Assembly: GCA_002633005.1 (NCBI GenBank)
Contig: NMRA01000241.1
Coordinates: 290,952-354,951 of the forward strand
Length of the DNA stretch: 64,000 nt
DNA from: Phoronis australis
Taxonomy: Eukaryota > Animalia > Phoronida
Reading direction: 5' to 3'
Of this stretch, positions 23,662-35,300 are shown piece after piece (position 1 is the first letter of the stretch; every line of letters starts with the position of its first letter). Under the pieces are notes generated by a model. It was not told the origin of the DNA, searched no databases, and saw nothing but the letters and a program-made list of their open reading frames with translations. A program made the position numbers and the translations under genes.

Positions 23662-26539
23662 TTTGTATTCAGTTACTGTGCTAGGTGCAGCAACCTTTTC
23701 CTGTCTCTCTATGAAATCTTTTTTGTGTATCTTAGGACAAATGGGGACTGCTTGACTATAGAAAATGAAGTAGGGTGTTGGTAGGCTCTATCTATGATCC
23801 CATAGATTTTATTATCAAGATTATAATTTATAATTGTTCATGATGGTTAATATTATGGAATTGTTAAATTGTGATGTTGTGGAAACTATAAATCTCACTT
23901 ATTAACTATGCATGCATATAGCGTACTTTTGTTTTGATAGTTTTTTACAAAATATTTACTACATTTGGGATCTACTTAAAGAGGAGGATTTCCAAGAATT
24001 ACATTCCGTTTATAAGAACTTTTCTTCCAAGAATAATGCTTGTCGACAACGAATCTCTACCTGCTGTAACTGATTATAATGAATAATGAATTTATGCAAT
24101 GCAGGGTCAGGTTTTATCAAAGAACATATGTCCAGCAGTAACTGAGGCCAGGAGCTTGGACTGTGGTGTCTTAGGCGTGCACAGTTTTGGGTTCACGAGG
24201 TGAATATAGACAGCTGTAATGTTTTTTCATATGAAAACAGCGTCACCACAGCAGTCTCATTACTTGTGACCTGCTTAGCTTCTACTTCTACTTGGTAAAA
24301 CATGATTTTTGTATCATAGTTTTGGTAATGGTTGTTTATTTGATATTGATCTAGTCAAGGGTTGGTAGAATTACCACAATATCTATTGTTTTTGAGGTCT
24401 TTACTTTCATTCTTCACATGGTAATCAATGTGATGTTTTGCGTGAGGCCTCTACTACTATATTCGTTTTCCGTCCAGTGAGACTTTCCTTTCCTATCTGA
24501 TATGGTGTAGACTAGTGAGTTTAACTGTTACTCTGAACTATCATCACCTGAATTCTGGTTAGTCTCTAACTTCTAACTCAGACTATATTAGCATTTTAGT
24601 CTGGTGTAGATCTCTAACATGTGGTTCCTGATTGGTCAACCAGGGATATTGTCTGAAAAAGAGAGATATTTGTAATGTAAAACTTGTGATCACTATGCCC
24701 ACTGTTCAGCAACATGTTACTCAGCTGCACACTTTAGTTTTGATCACAGCTCATAAAAGTTATACCAAGCAGGGAGACATTCAGTTAAAGTCACTGAGAA
24801 GCAATTGAATAAATATTTGTCTGGAATAGATAAAGAATATGAGAGAAATATGAGACAAGTTGAAATGTTGAAACACACCATATGGTACCTTAGTGTTTTG
24901 GAGATCTGCAGCATACTCAAGTGATATAAGATTCTATGTTCTAAACTAAATTCTGGTTTTGTTGTTCAGTTGTTACATAATAAAATATACTTACCTCAAA
25001 GTTTTAAAGGTTTTGTTCATGAAATCACACCTTTACACATGAATTGTGTGCAATGTTATGGGTATAAGAAAAGAATAACAAAGACATTTTTAGCTGAAGA
25101 AGTAAATTGTAAAATTTTCTCAGTAAGTAACAGTTATGGGCATATTCTCAAATACTTATTGCTTTCAGAAATAGTTATGTTGAGCGTAAGACCGAATTTC
25201 TTAAGTCACTTTCATGAAACGGACTCCAGCACGGCGTTCTTAAACAGCAACAGTCTGCACTTCTGTCTTTCGATATTCTTCATTAGAAAACAGATTTGTG
25301 AACTAGAAATGGTCAGTAAACACCAGTTGCAACCAGGGAGAAACAGATTAAAAGGAATCCAACTAATCGCTGAAACCTAATTTCCCTCACAAATGCAATT
25401 ACCACAATGAAGGTCGCATGCTGACATTTTTACTAGGCATCTTGGAGCAGGACTGGTTGAATATGATTTTACCGAATAAAACGAAAACAAATTCATAGGC
25501 GATACAAAATTTGGAATGGGTCAAAACATCTTGACGTCGTTAAGAGGGCACGTTTATGCGCATAGTATAGTTGCAAAAATAGAACATTTGCCTACTTGTT
25601 CTTGTTTTGAGTACAGGCTTGTACCCAGAGTCCTTTTCAAACATTTGTAAGTAAAACGACGCGTCTTGAAAAGCAAATACCACTCACAGGATCGATAAGA
25701 TAAAACTGAATCGGAATATCGTTTGAGAAATACATTAGTTTAATTGACATACACTATTCAGTGGGGGGGGGTATTCTACGTTGTTCTAGGCTGCTCTGTG
25801 CCGCTTAAGATTTGCCTTATCCGCCCTATTGTAGAGCATTATGTATACAAACATCTGTTTCTAGTTATACATCCGTTTAATATGTATTTCTCTACATATC
25901 TATCGCAGAGTCGCACCTGTCCTGGCATCTAGCTATCTATCTCTCTATCAGTCTATAAACGTGTCCCCTAGTGGTTGTATTTCCCCTGAAAGTTTGGCCT
26001 TATGATAATTTTTTTCTTTGCCTATTTGGTAATGAGATTTTTTTGCCAATACGCATGTATTTCGCTCAGCGTCTAGTAACCCAAGGTAGCACTTGAAAGC
26101 TTTACCCTGAATTTTAGACTGTATACGCACGTATGCGGTTTTATATGAACCATTGACAGTAGTCTGAAGTTAAACGTTAATGCTAATTAGGACGTGTATT
26201 GATATACTAAAATTTATATTGTTATCATGCTGAATGCAAACGATCATTCGTTCTTGGGGTCGGTTGCTGACAATCTAGGACAGTAGAATCCTAATGTTAT
26301 TTTCAGTTTTTGTCGACGAAAACTATAGGTGACCTTTATTGAAACTCAATGTGAACAGTGTTCTACCATTGGAAATTCTTGTTTACACATTACTGAATGA
26401 CATGACAACGCTTAAGTTGACTTCATTTATGAATTCTTATCTTTGTTCATTTTCAATTATGGCTAAAGGTCACATGTGCTGTACAATGGTCATAACCAAA
26501 CATGAAATCAAACCTGTTTCATACCGTTTACCACCACAA

Positions 26540-26890
26540 CTCCGTCGAGACTTATTGGAACTAATAGTACAGTATGCCATTTACGTTCCTTTGCCGTGTC
26601 CTGGTGTGACGAGGCTATGGCTGAACCACGGCCGGCAAAGCCTCTCCATGTTTTTGACCAAGCACGCCCATGATTTGCTGCACGATATTGCTTCATCACT
26701 AGACAATGCAACACTCGGTCGTGAGATAGACACACCTGTTATCGGAAAATGATTGCACTAAATGTTGTAAAAATACTGGATAAATACATTTTGATGCAAA
26801 TTGTTTCGCATGACAATTCTAATGTATTGACGAATTAAGATCTTCTTGATCTTCCGTGTGACCAACTAATTAAAAGATTCCAAACACCTG
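26540..26890 (+). pseudogene. Possible decayed BTB-BACK (kelch-like) fragment
   Basis: DLLELIVQYA resembles the BTB helix; in another frame LDKYIL...VLTN*DLLDLPCDQLIK resembles the BACK-domain start; internal stop and frame change. By-eye resemblance only. Confidence 0.3.
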
Positions 26891-28678
26891 ACTGATTTGT
26901 CACCACACAATGGTAACATTTTTACCTTGTTGACAAATTACCTCCGTATACTGTGAAAACGGATATATAATCACACCCAGATAATAGTATTTGCATTGTT
27001 GCTTCTGTCAATATTAAAGATTTTCGCAAAACTACCCACCTATGAAAACCGTTTCCTCCTTTTTCCAGTTTCTAGCGTATTCAGAGTTTTTACGTCACTG
27101 CAGAGTATTTGTTCACTATAGTAATATGTACCGCATGGCTTGTTTTTCACGCTTAAATGCCTTTTCAAATTTCTCTGTGCACAAACTGTGCGTGAATGAG
27201 TGGAGCTAAAAACGCAATAGGCATTTTAGATTCTATAGAGTGATAGCAAATAAAAAATTGAGCGAAAGAGCAAAACAATCATCATAATGGTCAATAAAAG
27301 CGGTTAAATGTTAGAGAATAATGTGAGTTAGACGTGCATTACGTTTTTGACAACTTTTCTTACGATATCTTACACGGAGTTTTTAAAAAGATTGCTTAGA
27401 TTAGTTGCCATTTAATGCAAATATCAATATCATACAATTATTTTTCCAGTGTTCTCCATTTTCTTGGAAGGTACAATAACAGAAAGTACATTTCAGACAC
27501 AGGCTGCAATGCTAACACAACATTGCGTTTCCATGAATGAATTTTGGTTTATTGTTTTCAAATTAGTCCATCTGACATTTCATTTAAACCAGCATTGATC
27601 TTGTAAGGTGAATTAAAGTTTAAAAAATTGAAAACTCTTGAGATTTTGTCATTTGTTCCTGGTAGTTAGGTATTAGTTTTCAGACTGTTGTATGAGTGAC
27701 TCTCCTCAATCTGCCGTTGCCTTTAGTTGAAGCACTACATTTACTTTGTGCAAGTAATAGATGAACAACGCATTAACAATGTAGTGACCATCCTTTCGGA
27801 CATATCCAGTCGCGTGCGGCGCCTTGATAGCCCGGCACGAAGTATTACTTCGACAATCACGCCAATTAGTAATATTGCATTGTGGGAGACCAGTCTTTTA
27901 CCTTATCATCTATTCTCATTTTCAAAATATACTTATTATTTATATATTAAGGACAGGCACTAGGTATTTTGAGAAAATGATTAGTTCCTTGTTACAAGGA
28001 TCATGTTGACATATTTAAAGATTTTTAGGTGCATTCCACATACTGATCACTCACAGGGACATCGTATCTTCTCGCAATTCATCCATGTGGTAAAAGTATC
28101 GATGTCCGAGATTTAGCGAATGTAAAGAAGAATGACGTTTTAGAATATGTAAAAATAAAAATAGCCCTTTAGCGGGTTTTTCGCGAGTACTCGGAGATCA
28201 CTTTAATTATCGCTAAAACAAATTACGATTTTGTTGTCTGTAAACGCCATTAGTTTCCATATTGGGGTTTATATGTAACTTATAAGGACATGTTGTGTTT
28301 TAAGAACCAGCGAAATTTATTTTTCTTTTTACATGTTGTATTTTGGGAACAAGCGAAGTTTATTTTTCCTGCAAATAAGCGCGTGGACAAATTCTTTGTG
28401 CACAGTGCTCTAATCGAATTACGTCTTAAGTTGTTTTTGTAAAAGTTAGTGGGTATGCTCCATTCATAGAACTGAAAGAGTTATACTTTACAAGCGTTTC
28501 CAAATACGGCCATGAATCTACAAATGACATCTTTTTTGTGAAATGTAAGTCGACAAGTGTAAACAAGCAATACATCACTGGCGTCAGTAGTAATTAAATG
28601 ACTTGCAAACTAACTCGCAGATTTCTACAGGGTATCGCAATTGATTGTTAACCGTTTCACTCGCTAGTAATTATTACC

Positions 28679-29083
28679 TATCGTGGGCCGGTCGGGTGAA
28701 AGTGTCGAGCGTAATTACGCTCGTAATTTCCACCGAGATTTCTCTCGTGTTTTGTGACCATAATCAGTACATCAAATGAGTAATTGCTCTATCACTTGAG
28801 CTCTGAAGCAGTTAGTGGTACTCTATCGTGGTTCGTTCGGCGGGGCAAGTGTCGCCCGTAATTACGTTTGTAATTACGACCGAGACTTCGCTCGAGTTTT
28901 GTGATTTGTAGACACCTGAACGCTTAAGAAGTTGTACGCTTGTAATTTTACGCTCGTATTTTTCGCTTGTAATTTTACTTTCGTAATTTTTACGCTCGTG
29001 ACTTCACGCTCGAAATTTTACGCTCGTATTTTGCGCATGTTACGAGCGTAAAATCGACATTTTCCTCCGTGTGGCCCACGATA
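28679..29083. mobile_element. 405-bp MITE with 11-bp TIRs, 6-bp TSD and internal TTACGCTCGTAA repeats
   Basis: TIR TATCGTGGGCC (28679-28689) / GGCCCACGATA (29073-29083); ATTACC on both flanks (28673-28678, 29084-29089). Confidence 0.75.
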
Positions 29084-30010
29084 ATTACCTCCCTTTGTAT
29101 TATTAAGTGTCATATTAAACTCACGACTTGATTTCGACTTTTCCAATATAAGTACCAGTTGTTCATATAGTCACACTGTATCTCCATCATCCAATGTCAG
29201 ATGGCGCAAAAGTAGACATAAAGAAATTTGGACAGTGAAACAAAAATCAGCGTGATAAAACAAAGATGTATTTTATTGGAACATGTTTACATGACACTTC
29301 GGTCACTGAAGGCCATCTAAAATGTGATTATCAGTTATGACAAAAATTCTCACGCTTTTGAAGCACCCCGTGGTATATTTCCGTGCGATTTTTTAAATTA
29401 TCAGCTCGTCTTACCAGTTCTAACTCACTATATTTTCCAAGAATTACTAAAATAATTGTGGCTCTCGTATTGTTTGAAAAATTATATAGTATGGGAGATC
29501 TAGACTAGTTCGGCGCCATTTCGAAAAATGTAAATTTTTGAGAAAGTCACTCAGCTTCGCTCTTGAAAACTATTAGACTATATGATCCTGGTGACCTTAG
29601 TGAATTTGGTTTCCCATGTAGCAAAATGAGAGATTCTCTTTCCTGGTTGCATGACTTCTTGTCATTAGGGGTAAAATCCTTAGTATGAACCAACTTTTCC
29701 CAGATGCTATTGATCGTTTCGAAGTAGTTGTTAACCCTGTGTGATCAGAAGAACCTTGCCAAAAGTTCTTGATGTAACAGGAGGCTCCAGATGGCTGTCT
29801 GACGTCACCTTGTCTGTGTCCTAATCGCGTTGTCGCGTGTTTCGTGGTAGTAAGGAATCAACTCTCACAATCGTCGTCTTCCAGAGCGCAGCGGATGTGA
29901 GTAATCTGGTCCTTGCGGTCCTAATCAGGAATGATATAGCTCTCTTCTCTGAATATGAGAGTGCGTGCAATAGGTCGTTTGTGTGTTACAGGAAGATTCG
30001 AAAGAAAGCT

Positions 30011-31270
30011 TATTACTCTGCGCGTGTCAGCGCAGAGTACTGTTGTTCCTGGGTTTTCTTCAATTTTATTCTTATTCTTCTTATTCTTCTTCTTATTCTT
30101 CTTCCGACCAACTTTGAGGCTTAATAACTCCAAATTGGGTGCAGGTACGGTCTTTAAATTCAGCATATGACTTTTGACAGTGTATAAATTTTGATTGGTT
30201 ATATAATCATATTCCATATTGCACCGGAAGAGGTCGTTTGGTGCAAAGGTCATATAATTTTCAAAATGCTACTCCTCCTTCAGTTTTAAAGCTATCTTTT
30301 TCAAATTCGGTACACAGGTATAAGTCAACATGACAATTTTAAAAATTACTTTTCTAAGAAATCGGGTTATCCAATCAGGTGAAGTAGGTCAAACGTCATT
30401 AGGTGCAAACTAAAATTTTGAGCTAGACACTTCAAATTGACAGGTCTGATTGCCACAGGTAAATCAAATCGGAATCCAAAGTTTCAGGTCATTTAGTGCA
30501 AACATGGGGTCATTAGGTGCATTTTTCGTCTGAAAATTTGACCTTTTCAATCAGCTAGTATTCTGATGTGTAAACCGTTGGACAACTGTGATTCTCAGCG
30601 TTAAACACATTTTCCATGGGCTTTGCAATAATTCTCCTAAAGATGCTTAAAATGCACCGGATAAGGTCAATTAGTGCAAAGGTCATCTAACGTTCAAAAT
30701 GTTATATCTTACGTTTTTCAAGGAATTCTTTTCAATTTCAGCACACTAGTGTAAGTCAACATGCCAATTGAACAACCTACTTAACTACGCAATAGCCCTA
30801 ACCAATCAGAAAAAATAGGTCAAAGGTCATTCAGTGCAAAATTAAAATTTTGAGCTAGAGACTTCAAAATTACATATCTGTTTACTAAATGCGATTGAGT
30901 TTGAATTTTCAACTTTTGGGTCATTTGGTGCACCCATGGGGTCATTTGGTGCATTTTTCTTCTGAAAGTTTGACCAATTCATTCATGTTGTATTCTGAAG
31001 TGTTTAAAGTAAAACATCTGTGATTCTTAGCATTAACCACACTTTAAATTGGTTTTACAATTATTCCCTCATCGAGGTTCATAATGCACCGGAAGAGGTC
31101 AGTTAGTGGAAAGGTCATCAAAATATTAACATGTAATTTCTCCTACAATTTTAAAGAATTCCTTTTCATATTGGTAACCGGGTTGCTGTCAGTAACTTCC
31201 CATAACAATTCCTTTAATACGCACGCGCAGAGTCCATTATTGTCACGCCGTGACAATAATCTTTCTAGTT
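30011..31270 (+). mobile_element. Apparently complete DINE-1/HINE-type (Helentron-associated) non-autonomous element
   Basis: 12-bp subterminal IR ACTCTGCGCGTG (30015-30026) / CACGCGCAGAGT (31222-31233); 5' partial IR (30030-30039); TTC/TTA microsatellite ~30067-30103; ~432-bp tandem units starting 30220, 30653, 31085; 3' stem-loop ATTATTGTCACG-C-CGTGACAATAAT (31236-31260) then CTAGTT. Confidence 0.8.
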
Positions 31271-31504
31271 GACTAATATGCGTGTAGTATGATCCTAGTG
31301 GAGCCGTCATTGTGGACATAATATAGGCCTAAGCACTGGTCGAGAAATGACAGCATACTACCTGTCTGAGGATACATACACAAAACGTACCGAGAGTGAA
31401 GTAGGCTTAATCAAGCAATATCCCACGAGATATTATTCTGCTGCAACTGTATTACTTTAAACTATATTCGGAAAGTTTGATGATCATGCCGGCTAAAGAC
31501 GTGA

Positions 31505-32375
31505 GTCAACATTGACCTACCTATTGAACTTTCCATGTCAAAGGTCACTGTTGAAACAGTGCTGGAGGTGAATTCGGAAAACATTATTACATGGCCGTAT
31601 TGCACTCGACAGATTCAACGCGTATGGTATAAATACAAAAAGACGTACCAAGAATGGCGTACATGAAGTAATATCCCACGAGACATTATTCCGCGTATCG
31701 ACCGAGACCTTACGCGGAATAATGTCAAGTGGGATATTACTTCATGTACACCAATCGAGGTACATTTGTATTTATCCCATACGCTTGGAATTCCTGAGTT
31801 TCTTTCATTTTGTTGGAAGATTTTTTTAAAATATTTCACTCAGACTGTTCACATGGCGGATCACATCCTAAATGCATGTACTTGCGCGTTAGACTGCAAG
31901 TTTTCTCTAGTAAAAGAAAGTTTTAAATGTGACGATTTATCACTTGAAAAGATATAACAAAGATGAAAACAAGGGTAATTTTTCATTGAACTTGTAACAT
32001 CTGAAAATAGTTAAATAACAACAATATTTGTAGTTACCAAGGAATAGGCGCCTGAGTTGCAGACGATAAAATATTTAGCATATGAAAACTGAGACAGAAC
32101 TGTCATATTACTAACAGTCCTGTTGCAGACTTGATGTTACGATTGAGATCTGATTGTATGTTGAGCGTTATTGACACTGCTATAACTGTATTACTTAAAA
32201 CTTTTTTCCGAACGTTTGGTGCCCGAACCGCTTGACGACGTCGAGTCGACATTGACCTACCTTTTGAACTTTCCATGTCAGAGGTCACTGTTGACGTAGT
32301 GCGGGAGGTGAATACGGAAAACTATATTACATGGCCGTATTTCCCTCGACAGATTCAACGCGTATGGGATAAATA
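31505..32375 (+). repeat. Diverged direct duplication of ~130 bp (about 31505-31636 and 32245-32375)
   Basis: ACATTGACCTACCT..TGAACTTTCCATGTCA..GGTCACTGTTGA...CTCGACAGATTCAACGCGTATGG present twice. Confidence 0.8.
31620..31784. mobile_element. Small palindromic MITE-like element
   Basis: Outer IR GCGTATGGTATAAATACAAA / TTTGTATTTATCCCATACGC (1 mismatch); perfect inner 20-bp IR 31660-31679 / 31729-31748. Confidence 0.7.
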
Positions 32376-35300
32376 TTTTAACATGATTGTCAATAACGTA
32401 TGGCATTCGTGTATGATCACAAACGTGTCGTCCACGTATCTCAACCAATTCAAAGGGTGGGGGCAGTCCAGAGCTACAGGCGACAACGAGAATAGGAAGA
32501 GAGCCCAGGCACGCTAGCCTCGTTCCGGCTTCTAACGTGCAAGCCTAGAACTCCACTAATCCAGACATGGTACAAGTCGAAAATATATGAAGCGCCAAAG
32601 GATTCTTTATGAAGCGTCAAAAGTTTTTTAACGAATACCTCCCTGCCCCTTGAAATGTGGTTATGATTATTCAACGCACACTGTTGCTTAATCAACGCGT
32701 AGTGTTGTTTATTCAACGCGTTTTTTAATCAGTACAAAAAAATCCATTCACGTCCGTGGTCTCAAATATTAAAATGATGGAAGATTTTCAACATGCGTGC
32801 AAGGCCAGTAAATCTCAAAAATGCTGTAACAGTTTTCTACGTTTCCATTTTGTTTTCGTTGTATGCAGATTTTGAGATTCTCTCATGCAAATGTAGAAAC
32901 TTATAAAAGCAATTCATAAAGCGTTTTGGAGAACAGTATGTAAAGCATGATATCTGACAGTTTCATGTAAATCCAATCGGCCATTTTTGAGATATGGTGT
33001 TCCGAAGTTTGTCAAATTTCTCCAATGATTTTTCGATGGTCCTACATAACATAACCTTATCTAAAAGTACAATTTCATTGCTTAAAGTCGTACTGCATTG
33101 TGAAATTAAAATGGTTTCAGTTCCTTTACTCAGAAGGAAAGTAGCTGGCATGCAATTATTTCGTTGGATTAAAAAAAATAATTAAGGCGCGGTTGGACAC
33201 TTTGGCAAAATCTGTCAATGCAGCATTCACGTCATGTCACACAATATCTCTATTGTTGACTACCGCCATTAATAAATGACGTTTACTAACCTTACCTTGA
33301 GTATCTTCTAACTGAGAACTAGCTTGAGATCGCACCATATGCAAACTTGAATGAATAGATAGGAATCGTGTATTGTCACCCTAGCCCAGGTTCCAGGGAT
33401 GGTTTGTGAAGGAATCATCTCACACTATAAAGTATTCACAATTCCATGGACCCAGCACCTGGAACCTGAAATCTGGATTTTGATCTACAACTGTTTGTTT
33501 TAAATTCTAGGTGAGTTGTCAGTTGCATGAAACAGTCCCAGCTGAGTACTTTACTAAGTTCTCTAAATCTACTGCGTATTTGTGGACTTCTGAAAACATT
33601 GATTGTCCTTTCTTACGCTGTTTTCGTTTCAGTACTAAGTCAATTTTTTACTGAGATTCAAATTGAAAGTGAACTCTACGTTGCATTCTCAATATTATTG
33701 AAAATATGCCTGGATTATACAACGACTAAGGGCTCAAATTTTCAGTTACATTATTAGAAAATGTCATTAGTCAAAGAAGAGCTCATAAAAAGATAAATGC
33801 TATAAAAAGATTAGGACTGTGAGTAAAGAACGACACAAATACGCAAAAAGATTTAGGTAACTCAATTGAGTCTCTGTTTGGGAATGTTTCGTGCAACTAG
33901 GCATTGGTCCCTTGTCTAAGTGAGAATGGTCGCCATATAGTGTAAGCCGGTCTTCTTTGTGTTTTTCGAAAGTTTTGTGTTTTACTCGTGATAACGTAAC
34001 CTAATTTCCATTGCCATTCTGGAAGTATTCAATTGATAGTGGCTCGACGCTCAATTCCAATCTGGGAAAGAGTAGAACGGACAGGGGTCGAAGCCCGAAT
34101 ATTGGTAAAATATTTTTGATATTGGCGAAGAAAGAAGTTCTTTCTGTACGCATTTTCAATGTTTTCAGTTTAATTGTGGGCGAATTCGGTTGACCGGGTT
34201 TTAAAGAAACTGACGAATCAGTTGAAATATGAAGGTTCCTTTACTTTTTGCAAGTAAATTTGACACACCCTGTAACACGAACGTTATGATCATCGGCGGC
34301 TCCCACATTTGACGAGTGGACTGATCCAATCAGGTGGTTGTGCTGTATATTTTCGACTTTCGATGTTGCGAGTATTGCACCTTAGATCGATAGTAACCAA
34401 AAGCATGCAACATATCGTGCTTTCAAATCAAGAACATTAATTATGTTTAGAACGAACAATGTCTTAATACCACGAGGTCTTTCACAAACTGGCTATAGGC
34501 TACTGTCACTTGAACACAAAAGGTACTTCTTTGCTGTTGCTGGATAGTTAGTTATGGATAACAAACACTCAAGCATCTTGAAGAATTCAAGATCAGGTAA
34601 GTAACGTTAGAGCAGGACTTGACATAAGTTTTCGGCTTTTACAGTGACAATACTTTAGGGCCCTATCACACAAAGGCAATTTTCAGCGTTATTTCGAAAC
34701 TGAAAAAAATGGGAACCGACTACGTGTAGTACAACGCAAAAACCTCATACACGGTCTTACATTTGAGTGATTTTTGCCCAAGTTGCCTGTTGCCGCTTCC
34801 CTTCTTCCGCCTGTTTCGCCGCCGCCCGTCTCTGACCCCTTTCTTCCACTGATTTCATAAAAGAACATCTTGACAGATGGGCTCGGAGGTTCGGCAAAAG
34901 AGTTTGTTGTGTCAGGTACTAAAAAGGTAGATAAAGGTATTTTCGTACAAAACTGCTAACTTGAAGGTTTGACCAATTTACTAACATGAGCATTTCTGAA
35001 GTTATTTGACTGGATGTCAAGGTTCGAAGGTAGGCTACATTTCGATTGACTGCTGAAGATAACTTGTTTTTTTGGGGTAATGAATTTGAAGTATGTGGTC
35101 GAGAAGGCATGACACGCTCTAATCACTAGGAGCTGGAGTGGGAAGTTTTGACGGAGTGAACAGGGACGGTTATCCATCACGCGTTTATTGAGGCAGTCAC
35201 CAATCTATTTCTAGACAACGTCAATTTAATTCCGTATAGTTTCGATGCATTATGTTTTGTAAAGAGTCTTTTTTATGCTTGATCAGTTCAGTTGTCATGC

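Noticed and set aside
24970-25380. 136-aa ORF downstream of the JmjC gene
   Set aside because: TTG start, AT-rich composition, no motifs; near AATAAA candidates (~24808, ~24978) of the likely 3' end.
29837-30253. ORFs with poly-Leu/Phe or poly-Lys/Asn runs
   Set aside because: Translations of the TTC/TTA microsatellite inside the Helentron-like element.
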